A stretch of DNA of 32,000 nt from positions 30,001 through 62,000 of the forward strand of contig BAAFSQ010000007.1 in assembly GCA_054661495.1 (NCBI GenBank). The letters run 5' to 3'. Source of the stretch: Zygophlyctis sp. KS116 (Eukaryota; Fungi; Chytridiomycota). Positions 1 through 12,383 of this stretch are shown one piece after another. Position 1 is the first letter of the stretch, and each line of letters opens with the position of its first letter. The notes below the pieces were generated by a model, which did no database searches, was not told the DNA's origin, and was given only the letters and a program-made list of their open reading frames with translations. The translations under genes were made by a program, and so were the position numbers.

Positions 1-786
1 AAAATTTGTACTTTATAAGTAGAATTCAGCCAATTCCATGATTCAACTTGTGCAGTAGATAGTACCAGTAAACACGCACTACAAAAAGCGAAAACCAGGA
101 ATCCAGTAAACATTTCCTTCTTGCTTTTACAAGCGTACATCAGTGTTGCAGGAAGTAATAAAATTGGATATAATCCCAGGTAGGAAGCTATTGAGAGAAA
201 TGACATACTGGCCTTTAGATTTCCTAATTTATCAACTTGAAAAATGTATATTACGATTTGTAGCCATATATATAGAACTTAAAACAAATACATTACATAA
301 TATTCCCAAAGACTTGCCAGAGCAAGCCATGATCGAATAAGGATTCAGCAAATAGATCCAAGAAACCCATTCCGGGTCCAAGTGTGTTTTCATTGGAATT
401 GTTTCATCGACTGATTCTTCACTGTCATCAATTGTCCAAATTTCCTCTGGCAGAGAGTTTTTAAAAGATGCTAAATTATAAAGAATAGCAGCGATAATAA
501 TATCCAAACCAATAAAGACACTGGGCAAGGCCCATTCTGGAATAAACGAAAACAATAAAATTAACAGTGGAGGTTGAGTACATACATCTCCATTATACAC
601 ATCTAGTCCCTTGTTCCACAGGAAAATGCATTCTTGCACTGGCGTTTAATAAATTAATAAAATACATTTAGTAAACGATGTGAACGGTGTAGATATCTCA
701 AGCCTCTTTTGGAGCATCTGGGATCCTAATGTGCGAAGAAAGACTAGAAGGAGCAAGACGCTAGACTTTTGCTGTTTATTAATCAT
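1..786 (-). CDS. GAB1: GPI transamidase subunit PIG-U/Gab1 (3' end runs off window)
   Basis: ATG at 786; introns 639-665 (27 nt) and 224-254 (31 nt). Spliced protein reads RLEISTPFTSFTKLQECIFLWNKGLDVYNGDVCTQPPLL...YLLNPYSIMAC...SIASYLGLYPILLLP, typical PIG-U motifs; frame open to position 1. Confidence 0.88.
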
Positions 787-803
787 TCTTGTAAAGGTAA
801 ATT

Positions 804-3646
804 TTACGATAATTCAAATCCAGACGCCGATTGAATTGAATACAATAATTTCCCCTTCAACAGCTCCAAATCTCTATACTCTGGTAACTTTAACAAATTG
901 ACACATGTAGATGCAGTCGGTAAACGGTCTACTTCATAGCCACCAGAACGTATACACATTAGTGGTCTAAGTTCTCCAAATCCCAATAATGGCGGACGAG
1001 GACAAGATGTGATAAATTTAATCAATCCTTGTATGTGAGCCTCTGAAAATGATTCTACAACTTGCCAGAATAATATTATTGTCGGGTGATTGGCGTGATA
1101 GTCACCAGCATATTTAACATTTGCTTTAAGATCAGACAAATCTATAGGAATTTGAGAGCCACCAAGTAACATTGATAAATCTTTTTGATTAAACATTCTG
1201 ATCCAAAGTGGCTAATGATTAAAAAAATTATATTTTACATCAATCAGGTCTTGTAGTCCGCGAAAGAATGCTTCACATTGTTTTCGAATTTGTACATTTA
1301 CTTTATAATGTGCTGTAAGATATATATATTGTATGCGATTTTCATTAGTAACAGGAATAATAGATCCATTAGGAATCAAGTCAATACTTTTACTGATTCC
1401 AAATTCTTCAATACTGATTGTAAAATTTAGAGCAAGGTCCTTTTCTACATCTCCTGTATAATTTTTTAGAAATATTAATCCATGATAAAGTTCTGGATCT
1501 AAAGAAGGTAAGTCATCCAAGAATCCTTGCTTTCCAATCCATTTCGCCAAGAAGAAATCTGCAAAAGATACGTCAACCAAGACTCCTTCATACAGGGCTT
1601 TGCCAATGATTCGTCCCAAGAATGAGAAATGAGACAATTGCTGATCTATTTTCAGTTTTATTATTAGAAATTACCACTGGTAGCGTAAGAATGTGGGCAG
1701 GGATATAGCAACTGATCTTTTGTAGCGAAAAATAATCCATAATTTGGATTAAATGCTTGTAAAGATAATGCAGTCAAAAATTCTTTAAAAACTCCACCGC
1801 CATCTATGCCTGCCTCTGGAAGTCCATGTTCTGAAATAAATGAAATAGCAATTTTTCCTTTCAATTTTGGACCAAGAGCATTCAAATGAGCAAAACCATC
1901 TTCAAATATTGAGGATCGATGAACTGTAATACGAGCTTCAGGGTGAACATATGAAGCATCCAAGTTATTCGCGCTGCGATCCTCTGCAATAAAAGCACGA
2001 AACAGTTTCACTCTTAGTTCAAAAGGAATCACAAAAGGGATCACTCTTAAAACATTTTTAGATCTGATAATCCTTTCCTGGTGGTAAGAATAATTCTTAT
2101 CTTCCCAGTTAGGAGCAGGAGATAGTAATGGCTGTGTAAATGTTACTAGTAGAGATTCAGAAGAGATATGCCAATGATTAAGAGGACAAAAAGATTTCCT
2201 TGAATCTCTAGTATATATATGCCTACAAAGTTCAGCAACTCTTTCTGCTAGATCATTTGGAGATTCAACAAAATTCGATAATCGAAAAGTTTCCCATTTG
2301 AAATCAGTCCAAAGAAACCAAAATGCTACATTCTTTAATATTCTAGACAAGGACACGAGTTCTTTTGTTTGAATAGAATTTTTTGGTCCATAAAATTCAT
2401 CATCATCCATTGTAAATAGACTCAAAGAATATACATTTCCTAGAAGAATTAAAACAACCCAATCATTTTCAAATTCTTTACCTAGAATTTTAAATTTAAA
2501 AAGTAATTTACTCGTAATCAATTCTAAATCCAACGTTTCCAAGTCTAAAAGACCCCATAATTTCCCTTGCCTAAATATTTTAAACAAGTTTGACACAAAA
2601 TTCCTAGTTTTAAACAGTAATAAATGACAAATCTGATTCTTTTTAGAGGGCCAATACTTTAAAATCAATACTAAAAGTCTAGAAACAGACAAGATATCAA
2701 ATTGAAGAATTATTTTTTCCAGTATATTAGATTGAAAAAGATTTTCCATGACTGAATCTAAAAAAACATATTCATGTCTTATACTTTGAGCCTGATCATC
2801 CTTCATCCCCAAATAATGAAAATAATTTACTGGTAAACCCAATATTAACATTTCTAGAGTATTATTAGAGACTAATCTAAAATCCTGTAAAATCCCATTT
2901 ATACAATTCCCAATACACCAAATCCTCCCATTTTCCTCTAAATCTAAAAATTCCAATTCTCTTAAAAGTTTTGAAAATCCCATTTTATCAATATATTCCC
3001 AATGATTTAAAACCTCTTCTCTCGACCAAAAGACCTTTATAATCTCTAAACTAAATTTAATCTTGTCCTTGTCATTTAGAAATACGAGTGGCATTTTTAA
3101 AATTTCTAAATCATCTCTAAAATCCTTAAAAACACCCAGTTCCAACAAAAACATTGTAATTTCTTGCACGTATTGACTATATTCCTCTTGACTCCCATCT
3201 TTAAACATCTGTAAATACAATCCCTTTAAAAGTTCCTTTAAATTTATAGATTTTGAGAAATTCCTTAATAATTTAGATAGTATTCTAACCCAAGAAAACG
3301 TAGAATCTCTTTTAATTCCTAATTTCCAATGAGTAGTAGACTTTATAATCCAATCTTTAGCCTTTTCCAAGTCTAAATTTGGATTATAAAACCAAGCTAA
3401 TTCCCTTGTAGCTCCAACATAATCCCTTAAATCCCAAGATTTCCTTAATTCCTTCTTGTACTCTAATTTCAATACTTTTTTCTGAATCCAATTCTTTAGT
3501 AAAACACTAGATTTTTCCAAATTCTTTTCTAGAGTTCTAACAGCTCTAGATTCTCTCTTATCCTTTAGAAACTGAGACTTTGATACTGCCAGAGATGTTC
3601 CTCTTAAAGAAACTGTCCTTTTTGGTTTAAATTCTCCATTAAACAT
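804..3646 (-). CDS. HUL5: HECT E3 ubiquitin ligase, Hul5/UBE3C family
   Basis: N-terminal MFNGEFKPKRTVSLRG; HECT motifs EAGIDGGGVFKEF, FLGRIIGKALYEG, RLPTASTCVNLLKLP and C-terminal SGFELS. Introns 2482-2511 (30 nt, in-frame candidate), 1646-1674 (29), 1212-1238 (27). Confidence 0.9.
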
Positions 3647-3713
3647 ATCTTGCAGCAGTATTCCTATACTTTCTTTACCTAGTCTAATTGACTTATTCTC
3701 TACTCATTCCTCA

Positions 3714-3780
3714 CTTACTACACAATTACTACACTTACTCTCGTGTAATCTCATTAAGTAATCTCATTTAAGTAATCTCT
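3714..3780. repeat. Short imperfect tandem repeats in the HUL5/DBP9 divergent intergenic region
   Basis: TTACTACAC twice (ttactacac-aa-ttactacac) and GTAATCTC three times (gtaatctcattaa-gtaatctcatttaa-gtaatctct). Confidence 0.7.
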
Positions 3781-3884
3781 GGAATTTATTTATAATTTTT
3801 TTAATAATCAATATTCAACAATCATGAAAGAATCCGAATAGTAAATAACACTAGGTTCTAGGTCGTCTTGTTTATTCTTATTAG

Positions 3885-3939
3885 CGAATAAAAATTTATT
3901 TACTGGTGAATAAAAATTTGTTTGGCGGTGAGCGGTGAG
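3885..3939 (+). promoter_or_regulatory. RRPE-like and PAC-like motifs upstream of DBP9
   Basis: GAATAAAAATTT twice, followed by overlapping GCGGTGAG twice (3925-3932, 3932-3939), each one mismatch from yeast PAC GCGATGAG, about 30 bp before the ATG of a ribosome-biogenesis helicase. Confidence 0.45.
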
Positions 3940-3968
3940 AAGAATAAAAAAAACTAAAATTTAGAAAA

Positions 3969-5631
3969 ATGAATTTAGATTTAGAAAATGAATCTTTAGA
4001 CCGCTCTACACAAAAGTCTTGTCTTCAATTCAAGGATATGGATCTAGACTATAGACTCTTGAAAGCAATCCAGGATTTGAATTTCTCTAATCCAACTTTA
4101 ATTCAAGAAACTGCAATTCCTCTTGCGCTTCAAGGAAAAGATATTTTAGCAAAGGCAAAGACTGGATCAGGCAAGACAATGGCTTATTTATTACCAATCT
4201 TACAGAAAATTATTCTAAATTCAGACTCTAAATCTATAATACTAGTTCCTACAAAGGAATTGGCAAATCAGGTGTTTCAAGTGTCTGAACAGTTACTAAA
4301 GTATTTTACTCTAGACTCTAAAATTACTGTTTTGAATTTTAGTCAGTTTACAGAATCTGTGTCAGACTCTGAAGTGGAAGACGCTCATATTCTTTTAGGG
4401 ACTCCATCAAGGATAAAATCTATACTATCAAAAATAGATTTACAAAATTTTACTAGTCTTGCAATTGATGAAGCGGATTTAATTACTTGTTTTGGGTATT
4501 ATAAGGATTTACAAGATATTTTAGAAAAATTACCAAAAATTTATCAGACTTGGTTAATGAGCGCTACACTTGCACCAGATGTAATGGAATTAAAGAAATT
4601 AGTATTGAAAAATCCTGCAGTTATACAATTACAAGAAGAAGAGTCTAATATTACTCAATTTATGATAATGACTAGTGAATTGGATAAATTCTTAATTTTA
4701 TATTTCTTGTTAAAATTAAGAGTTTCTCCAATTGGAAATGGGAAAATACTGGTTTTTGTAAACTCTATAGAAAGATGTTATAAATTAAAATTATTTTTAG
4801 AGCAATTTGGGATAAAGGCATGTACTCTAAATTCAGAATTACCGGCTGGATCTAGATTTCATATTGTACAAGAGTTTAATAGGGGGATTTATGATTTTTT
4901 AATTGCAACTGATGAATCAAATGAAACTGGAAACAAGGTTGACTCAAAGGATTTGGAATATGGAGTTTACAGAGGAATTGATTTTAAAAATGTTAAATCT
5001 GTTATTAATTTTGATTTACCAAAATCTAGTAAATCTTATGCTCATAGAATTGGTAGAACTGGACGTGGAAATGATAAAGGATATTCCCTAACTTTTTATG
5101 TACAAGGTTCACCTGTCATAAATTCTAAAAAAGATTCTAAAAAACTATTACAAGATAAAGTTTTTTCAAAGATTCAAAAAATTCAAAAAGGTATTTTTTT
5201 TCTCAACTTACAAGAATAGAGAATGGGAATAAGATTTCTGAATTTAAATTTGATATGACTCAAGTAGATGCATTTAGATATAGAATAGAAGATGCTTTAA
5301 GAGCAGTCACTGGTGCTAATGTTCGAGATGCACATTTAAAAGATATAAAGCATGAAATTTTAAATTCTGAAAAATTAAAGGTATTTTTTAAATTATGTAA
5401 TACAAGTCTCATTTTGAAAATCGCCCAAAGGATCTTGAAGCACTCAGACATGACAAATTTATTCATCCATCTCGCATTCAGCATCAATTAAAGCATATTC
5501 CAGATTATTTGCTTCCTAAAAGATCGTCAATGGAATATTCTGGATTTGTTCCATTTTCTAAAAACAAGCGCCCAGAGTATAGGAAAAAGGGTAGTTTGAA
5601 GCGCAAAAGGGATCCCTTAAAGAATTTTTAA
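3969..5631 (+). CDS. DBP9: DEAD-box RNA helicase Dbp9/DDX56 (60S biogenesis)
   Basis: AKTGSGKT, DEAD, SAT, HRIGRTGR; family motifs YKLKLFLEQFGI, FRYRIEDALRAVT, HIPDYLLP, DPLKNF. Introns 5191-5219 (29) and 5381-5406 (26). Confidence 0.93.
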
Positions 5632-5749
5632 GTCATTTAATCATATCATTTGAGTGCAAATTTTCCCTTGTCTAATTTGAAGTCGAATCAGGACAACTCT
5701 CACTCTGTGATGGGTGATACATCGGGCAGGTGTCGGTTCGCGTTTGCAA

Positions 5750-7293
5750 ATGTCAAAATCAACGATAAAATCTTGTTTGGCTGATATCGGAGTGGATACT
5801 TCTCTTTTACAGACTCTTACCAAAATCGAGGATGAGTTTGCATTCATAAAGAAGAGTTATTTTAAGAAAATTATTCTAGTGCATCCAGATAAAGGTATTT
5901 TTCATGTCTGACACTAGGTGGAGATTCTGCTGTTTTTAGAAAAGTGAATGAAGCGTTTGAAGCATTAAGAGAAATGTTTGAAAAGAAAACTATTTCCTCT
6001 TTTGCATCATCTCTAGGGAAAAAAGCAGACGTTAAAGCCGCTAATCTTGAACGATCTTGGGATTACTATAACGATGCATTCGATGTTTCTCTTCCAATTT
6101 ACAAGGTTGAATTGGCTAAATCCTCGAGATCTAAATGCACGCAAAAAACGAAATCTGCGAAAAAGTGTACCAGGGAAGAAATTGAAAAAGGAGATGTTAG
6201 AATAGGATCAATTGATTTAGAAAGTGGATCGTATGCTAGATGGGTACATTTGATGTGTTGGAGAGTTCCATCGAGAATTTGGCTTGGACTTCCAAATCCT
6301 GATGTTTGCCTGGACACAGCTAGTTTTGAAGAAGCACTCTCATCAATGAATGAAGTTTTATTTACAGGATTTGATTTACTTTCTCCTTTTGACAAATTAA
6401 GAATTGTTAATCATGTCATGGATAAAAGTCATTGGGCAAAATTAAGACATAGATCTGGACCAAGTGTAATTGAAGATACAAAAGTTTCAAATGACATTAT
6501 AAAACAAGAAACTGAAATCAAGGGTGAATTAGAACAGCCTTTTAAAGATTCAATTCCTTCTAATCAATTGGTTCCTTTAAAACAAGAATTAGAATCTGTA
6601 AAATCCTTTAGTATGCCAGTTAAAACCCAAGCTAATGAAAACTATCTAGCTGGAAAAACAATTGTTGTTACTGGAGTATTTCCCGGTATTTATTTTTGTA
6701 AATATTTCTAAATTATAGAAGTTGGAGGTGGAGCAGGACTTAATCTAGGAAAAGATAAAGTTAAATCCATGATTTCTAATTTTGGTGGACGTATAACTTC
6801 ATCAATTTCTGGAAAAACAGATTTTTTAGTAGTTGGAAAAGAACCTGGATTTTCCAAAGTTTCTAAAGCTAGGACTCAACCTAAATGTCAATTATTATCT
6901 CTTGATCAGTTAAAAAACTCTATTGAAAGTGGTAAATCAGAATCTTTGGAAAATATTCCACCCTTATTGGTAGATTCTTTTTCTTCTGGATACTATGGAA
7001 CTTCTACTCTTGCACTTGAAGCATCAAGTCGAGAATTAGAAATTGCTAGAGGACTTGCAGAACCTCCTTTACAGATTTTACCAGGAAAGAAAACCGGTGA
7101 ATCGTCTGCCCTTGTTAAGAAGCCAAAAACTTCTAAAGCAAAGACTTCTAAGCCAAAGACTGCTAAAGCAAAGGCTACTAAAGCTCCAAAAGTAAAGGCT
7201 GATAATATTTCTAGTGATATAGTGATAGTGTCAACGAAACGCAAGGTTCAACCAGATGCCAAGCCTTTGCGCAAGTCTTTGAGAAAAAAGTAA
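5750..7293 (+). CDS. Multidomain protein: J-domain + PARP-type zinc finger + BRCT + Lys-rich tail
   Basis: Removing intron 5895-5917 (23 nt) gives HPDKGGDSAVFRKVNEAFEAL (J-domain). YKVELAKSSRSKC...C...IEKGDVRIG...WVHLMC is a zf-PARP. Removing intron 6686-6718 (33 nt) gives GKTIVVTGVFPEVGGGAGLNLGKDKVKSMISNFGGRITSSISGKTDFLVVGKEPG (RFC1/LigA-type BRCT). Confidence 0.85.
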
Positions 7294-7296
7294 AAA

Positions 7297-8653
7297 ATGG
7301 AAGATATCATCTCTACGTTTGTAGAAATTTCTGGGATGGAAAGAGATGAAGCTGTACAATTTCTTTCAAGTAAAAATTGGGATTTGGAACTTTCTATTAA
7401 TGAGTTTTTGACTAAAAATGAGAAAACACAAGAGAATTCAGTTTTAAGTGAAAAGTCAATGCCCAGACAAACTCCAAAGGACTCGACCAGGGAACAGCCG
7501 TCGGAAAGGCCAAACTTGTCGTTTCTGCATCTAATCAAACGAGGAATGGACTCGCTTCTGTGGATTTTGAAATGGACGCTGACACTTTTATTGGGAAAAT
7601 ATGAAATTAAGAGAATTTCTGGAGAGGAATTAGTTCAAACATTTCAAAGGAATTTTGGATCAAATCATCCAGAATTCTTTCGAGGGACTTATTCACAGGC
7701 ACTGGAAAAAGGTAAACGAGAGACACGATGGGTTCTTATCGCTCTCTACGTTCCAGATCATCCAGGGAATAAAGAATTCTGTAAAAATATTATAAATTCT
7801 ACTCATTTATCTGCATTTATACGACAGAAAAATGGGATTTTTTGGATGGGAGATACAAGAACAGAACAAGGTTTACAAGGTATTTTTATTATAAATATAT
7901 GATAGTTTTACAAGTGCTTTCTGTTACAAAACATCCTTTTCTAGCTGTTGTAGGACCACAAAATTCTAAAATGGTGGTTTTTGATAGGATTCAAGGTATC
8001 TTTTAATATTAAAAAAGATTTAGGGGATTTTTCTATCCAAGAAACTATATATAGGCTTTCTCAGATTATTACAAGAATAGAACCATTTTTACAGGGTGTA
8101 ATAGAAGAACGGTAATTTTAAAAACTTTTAAAAATTAAGAAATACAAGACAAGTTGATAGGTCAATAAGAGAACAGCAAGATGAGGCTTATCAGGCATCT
8201 TTAAAAGCAGATCAGGAAAAAGATAGAATTGCTAAATTACAAAAGGAAGAAAAGGAAAAGGAAGAGAGGATTGCATTAGAAGTGGAAAATAAAAAACTTC
8301 AAAAAATAGAGGTATTCACAAAACAAATAGTAAATTTCAAGGAAAAAAAGAAAAGAAAACAAGAATTGATACACAATCTTCCTCAAGAGCCAGAGGATTC
8401 AAAAGATAATATTACAAAATTAAGTATAAGATTACCTTCGGGAATACGTATTATTCGTAGATTTCAAGTTTCGAGTACAATCCGATCCGTGTATGAATTT
8501 GTGGAAACTCTTGAATTAGAACCTCTCACTATTGAATCTGATTTTTTATTGGTAAAAACTTTTCCTAGAGTTGTTTTACAAGATTTAGATTCAACTTTAG
8601 AATCTGTTGGACTTTTACCAACTGGTAGTTTGATTGTTGAAGAAAAGCTTTAA
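7297..8653 (+). CDS. UBA-UAS-UBX p97/Cdc48 cofactor (FAF2/Ubx2-Ubx3-like)
   Basis: N-terminal UBA-like (FVEISGMERDEAVQFLSSKNWDLELSINEF), UAS (HPEFFRGTYSQAL), coiled coil REQQDEAYQASLKADQEK, UBX (IRLPSGIRIIRRF...TFPR). Introns 7880-7905 (26), 7996-8023 (28), 8112-8139 (28), 8312-8341 (30, in-frame candidate). Confidence 0.87.
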
Positions 8654-8671
8654 TTCTTTTTAAATTTATTT

Positions 8672-9510
8672 TTATATTTTACTGAAATTAGAACCGTGTC
8701 TTTCACTTCCCATTAAAGATGTACTAGGAACTCTTTCAATATATCCCCAGAAATCTAAACAACTTAATCTCCTTCCTAAACTTTCTGAAGATCTGGGTAG
8801 TCCCATTATCCCATTTTCCCTATATTTTAAAATTTCAAAATCTACTTTAACAATTCTTGAACCCATATTTTCTGAGATTCATTCCCCCAAGCCGAAATTA
8901 AATCCCACCAATCATAGACTCTCATATCACTAACAATCCATCTTTTCCCTGGGCAGAACTTTCTAAAACTAGCTACAACAGCGATTGCCACATCCTTTCC
9001 ATGAATCAAATGCAGTGAAGTTTTTGATGATAGATCCTTCTTACTAGGAGCGATCCGTCCTATCCAACCTCTGGGATCTCTTTGATCATCCCATAGCCCG
9101 GCCAGATGTAAAATTGAACCACCATATCTTAAAATTATTTCTTCTGTCATAATTCTTATAGGATCAGAATTCATATCTAATGGGGAATTACTATTTGCCC
9201 ATTCATTAGCAGATCCAAATGGACGTGTAGACCCCAACAATATTAATTTGGGTTTGTTATCATGCGATTTTGAATACAATTGTAAGAAGGCGTTTGTCAT
9301 TTCTACCGATTGAAAAGGAAAGGTGATCGCTAGATAATCGGTTGCAGGTAATCGTTTAAACGGCATGAGATCTTTTGGATCAACAAAATTAAATTCAATC
9401 GTTGAGTTTCTTCCATCTCTTGTTGTAGTAAATACATGATCAAAAGATTCTAAAGCAAGGGATTCTATATAAGTTCCAGCCCATCCTTTTCCAATGATTA
9501 GCAGTGACAT
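8672..9510 (-). CDS. Uncharacterised Rossmann-fold, atypical SDR/epimerase-like protein
   Basis: N-terminal [10 protein letters not shown] dinucleotide-binding loop, [26 protein letters not shown]; intron 8820-8845 (26 nt) joins the C-terminal [12 protein letters not shown] exon. Confidence 0.75.
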
Positions 9511-9543
9511 GACGGTCCGCAGCTCACCCAGCCCGAGTTAAAA

Positions 9544-11311
9544 ATGACTGCAGACAAGAGAGATTTCTATGCTCCGATTAAACAGGAATATCTGATCAAC
9601 AAACTAAAAAGCGATGCTAATGCTGATGCAGGAGATGCTAATGCAGATAAGGCCAAGTCAGAAAAGGCCGATAAGAGGGCAACAGGAATGAATAAGAAGA
9701 GGAAAAAGGGAAGTAATGCTCTAAGGATTTGTAATTTTGTTGCAAATCAGAAGGAATGCACAAGAGAATCTTGCAAGTTTGAGCATGATCTAGATCTGTA
9801 TATGTCTCAAAGAGGTGGCGACTTGTCAAATTACTTGAAATGTCCCAATTTCACATGTTGCAAGTTTGGACTTTCTTGTAGATTTGCAGACTCTCATTGC
9901 AATGATAATACTAGTTTGTTAGAAAAGGATGGAAAAGATCAGGTTTTTAAAGATGCAAACGTTGCTAATGATTTAAGTTTAGACGAGATCAAAATAATAA
10001 GATCTAAAAGCTCATTGGAAAATTCAGTCAAGTTTGAAAAATGGTATTCAGAAAAGTCGGCTGCTGATAAAGAGTTTTACAAGTCGATGCAAAAGGCTAA
10101 TAAATCTGATGAAAATCAATCCAGCAAAGTAGAAAATATCAGAAAAGAATTGCCGGTTTTAGATATTCCAGATAGAAAGAAATTAGATTTTAGACATAAA
10201 ACATTTTTGGCTCCATTGACAACAGTAGGAAATCTTCCATTTAGAAGGATTTGTAAAGAATTTGGGGTTGATGTGACATGTGCGGAAATGGCTTTAACAG
10301 GACAATTAGCTGCTGGGAATAGAAATGAATGGGCTTTACTTAAAAGGCATAAATGTGAAGACTTTTTTGGTGTTCAAATTGCTGGGTCAAAAGCAATGGA
10401 TATTGCGCATGCAGTTGAATCAATTTCACAATTTACAAATGTTGATTTTATAGACTTGAATCTTGGATGTCCAGTTGATTTAGTAACAAAGGCTGGTGCA
10501 GGATCGGCGTTAATGGATAGGAAAAACAGATTGTCAGAGGTAATTAAATCTTCATTGATCCAAGATTTTAACTGCATTCAAAACTGTCTCGCAGGTTCCA
10601 TTCACAATCAAGTGCAGAACGGGAATTTATCAAAATAAAAATGTAGCTCATTCACTGCTTCCTCTTTTCAATGCATCCGGAGCATCTTTAATAACTCTTC
10701 ATGGTCGCTGCAAAGAGCAAAGATACACCAAATTAGCAGATTGGAATTATATATCGGAATGCGCCTCTCAAAATACTGGAGGATCACAATTTTTTGGAAA
10801 TGGAGATGTTCTTTCTTGGGAAGATTATTATAAAGATTTGGAGTCTGGAGTAGATGGCGTAATGATCGGACGTGGGGCTCTTATTAAGCCTTGGATTTTC
10901 CAGGAAATTAAGGAGCGCAGAACGATTGACATATCTTCTTCAGAAAGGTTTGATCTACTGAAAAAATTTGCTAATTATGGACTGGAGTATTGGGGGTCTG
11001 ATAATGTTGTAAGTATTGATGCTATTAATTTTAAGGGCCTTGATCATACTAGACGTTATTTGTTGGAATGGCTTTCTTTCTCATGCAGATACATTCCTGT
11101 GGGACTTTTGGAAGTTCTCCCTCAAAAAATGAACGATAGACCTCCCCCATTTGTCGGAAGAGATGATCTAGAAACGTTAATGGCCTCTAGCAGTGCTTCT
11201 GACTGGATAAAATTGACTGAACGAATTCTGGGCCCAACCCCAGATTCTTTTGTATTCGTTCCAAAGTAAGTTTTTTTATTTAATTTTAGGCACAAATCTA
11301 GTTCATACTGA
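9544..11311 (+). CDS. DUS3: tRNA-dihydrouridine(47) synthase Dus3
   Basis: Two CCCH-like fingers, [35 protein letters not shown]-terminal PKHKSSSY. Introns 10540-10564 (25), 11009-11035 (27, in-frame), 11266-11289 (24). Confidence 0.93.
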
Positions 11312-11335
11312 TAAGTTTTATCAAGTTTTCTAATC

Positions 11336-12359
11336 TTACACTTGAATCACTACTTTTCCACGAGTCCTATGAGACCTGCTGAGATCATGAGCCTTTTCTG
11401 CTTCTTCCAATTTAAACTTTTGTGTTACCACTGGTTTTAAAGATCCATCTTCAATCCATCTTGTTAGGTCATTTGGCATCGTTGATGGATTCATTATCAT
11501 ACAGTATGATCGTGAATAAGCTATTTTCCTCCATCCTACTGCAGATATTAACTTGACAATAGCTCCCATAGATACCGCTATATCAGAATATGGACCTACA
11601 GCAGTCGCATAAACTCCATCGGGTTTTAGAATTTTCTGGGCAAGATTCCAATAGTTATCTCCTCCTACGCAGTCCAAAATCACATCATATTCGTTTCGGT
11701 AAAGAAAGTAATCTTCCAAACTACCCTTTGTGTAATCAATAACTTGATCTGCTCCGTATTCTTTCACAAATGCTTCATTTGCCCCCGAACAGATAGCAGT
11801 AACTTTAGAGTTCAATTTCTTGGCGATCTGAACACCCATTATGCCAACTCCTCCAGATGCTCCAATGATCAATACATTTTTAGACAATTTATCAATCTGA
11901 CCATGAATGATTAACCCTGTATAAGCTGTGAGAGTTGCTATCGATAGAGAAGCTGCATCCTCATGAGTAATATTATCAGGTTTCTTGATAATAATGGCTT
12001 TAGTTGTATCAGCCAGCATGTATCTAATCCTTAGTAAATAATTATTACTGTGCATAAGATCCTCCTCTTTTACTCATTTCTCCCGGTGTAATATTTCCAT
12101 AAACAGAATCACCAACATTGAAAGCAGTCACTTTCGATCCAACGGCTTCAATTACTCCAGAATAATCCATTCCAATGATTGCAGGAAACTTGAATCCAAA
12201 GATCATCTTTAGATCTCCTCTTGCAAACTTATAATCCGCTGGATTAACTCCTGCTGCATGGACTTTAATCAACACATCGTAATCAAGAGGCACAGGCTTC
12301 TCTTTGGAAACATCAAGGATAAGAGGCTCATCGTAATTCGGTAGAAAAGCTGCTTGCAT
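11336..12359 (-). CDS. Zinc-independent MDR/quinone oxidoreductase (RTN4IP1/Yim1-like)
   Basis: VLIKVHAAGVNPADYK, GMDYSGVIEAVGSKV, VLIIGASGGVG, HRTRGKVVI; intron 12024-12048 (25 nt). Confidence 0.85.
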
Positions 12360-12383
12360 TTTATTCAAAACCCCAAAATTTGT

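Noticed and set aside
3716-3740. AAGTGTAGTA on the minus strand matches the U2 snRNA branch-point recognition region
   Set aside because: Flanking U2 features (stem I GCCTTTTGGCTAAGATC, downstream TCTGTTCTT, Sm site) are absent; it is part of a simple repeat.
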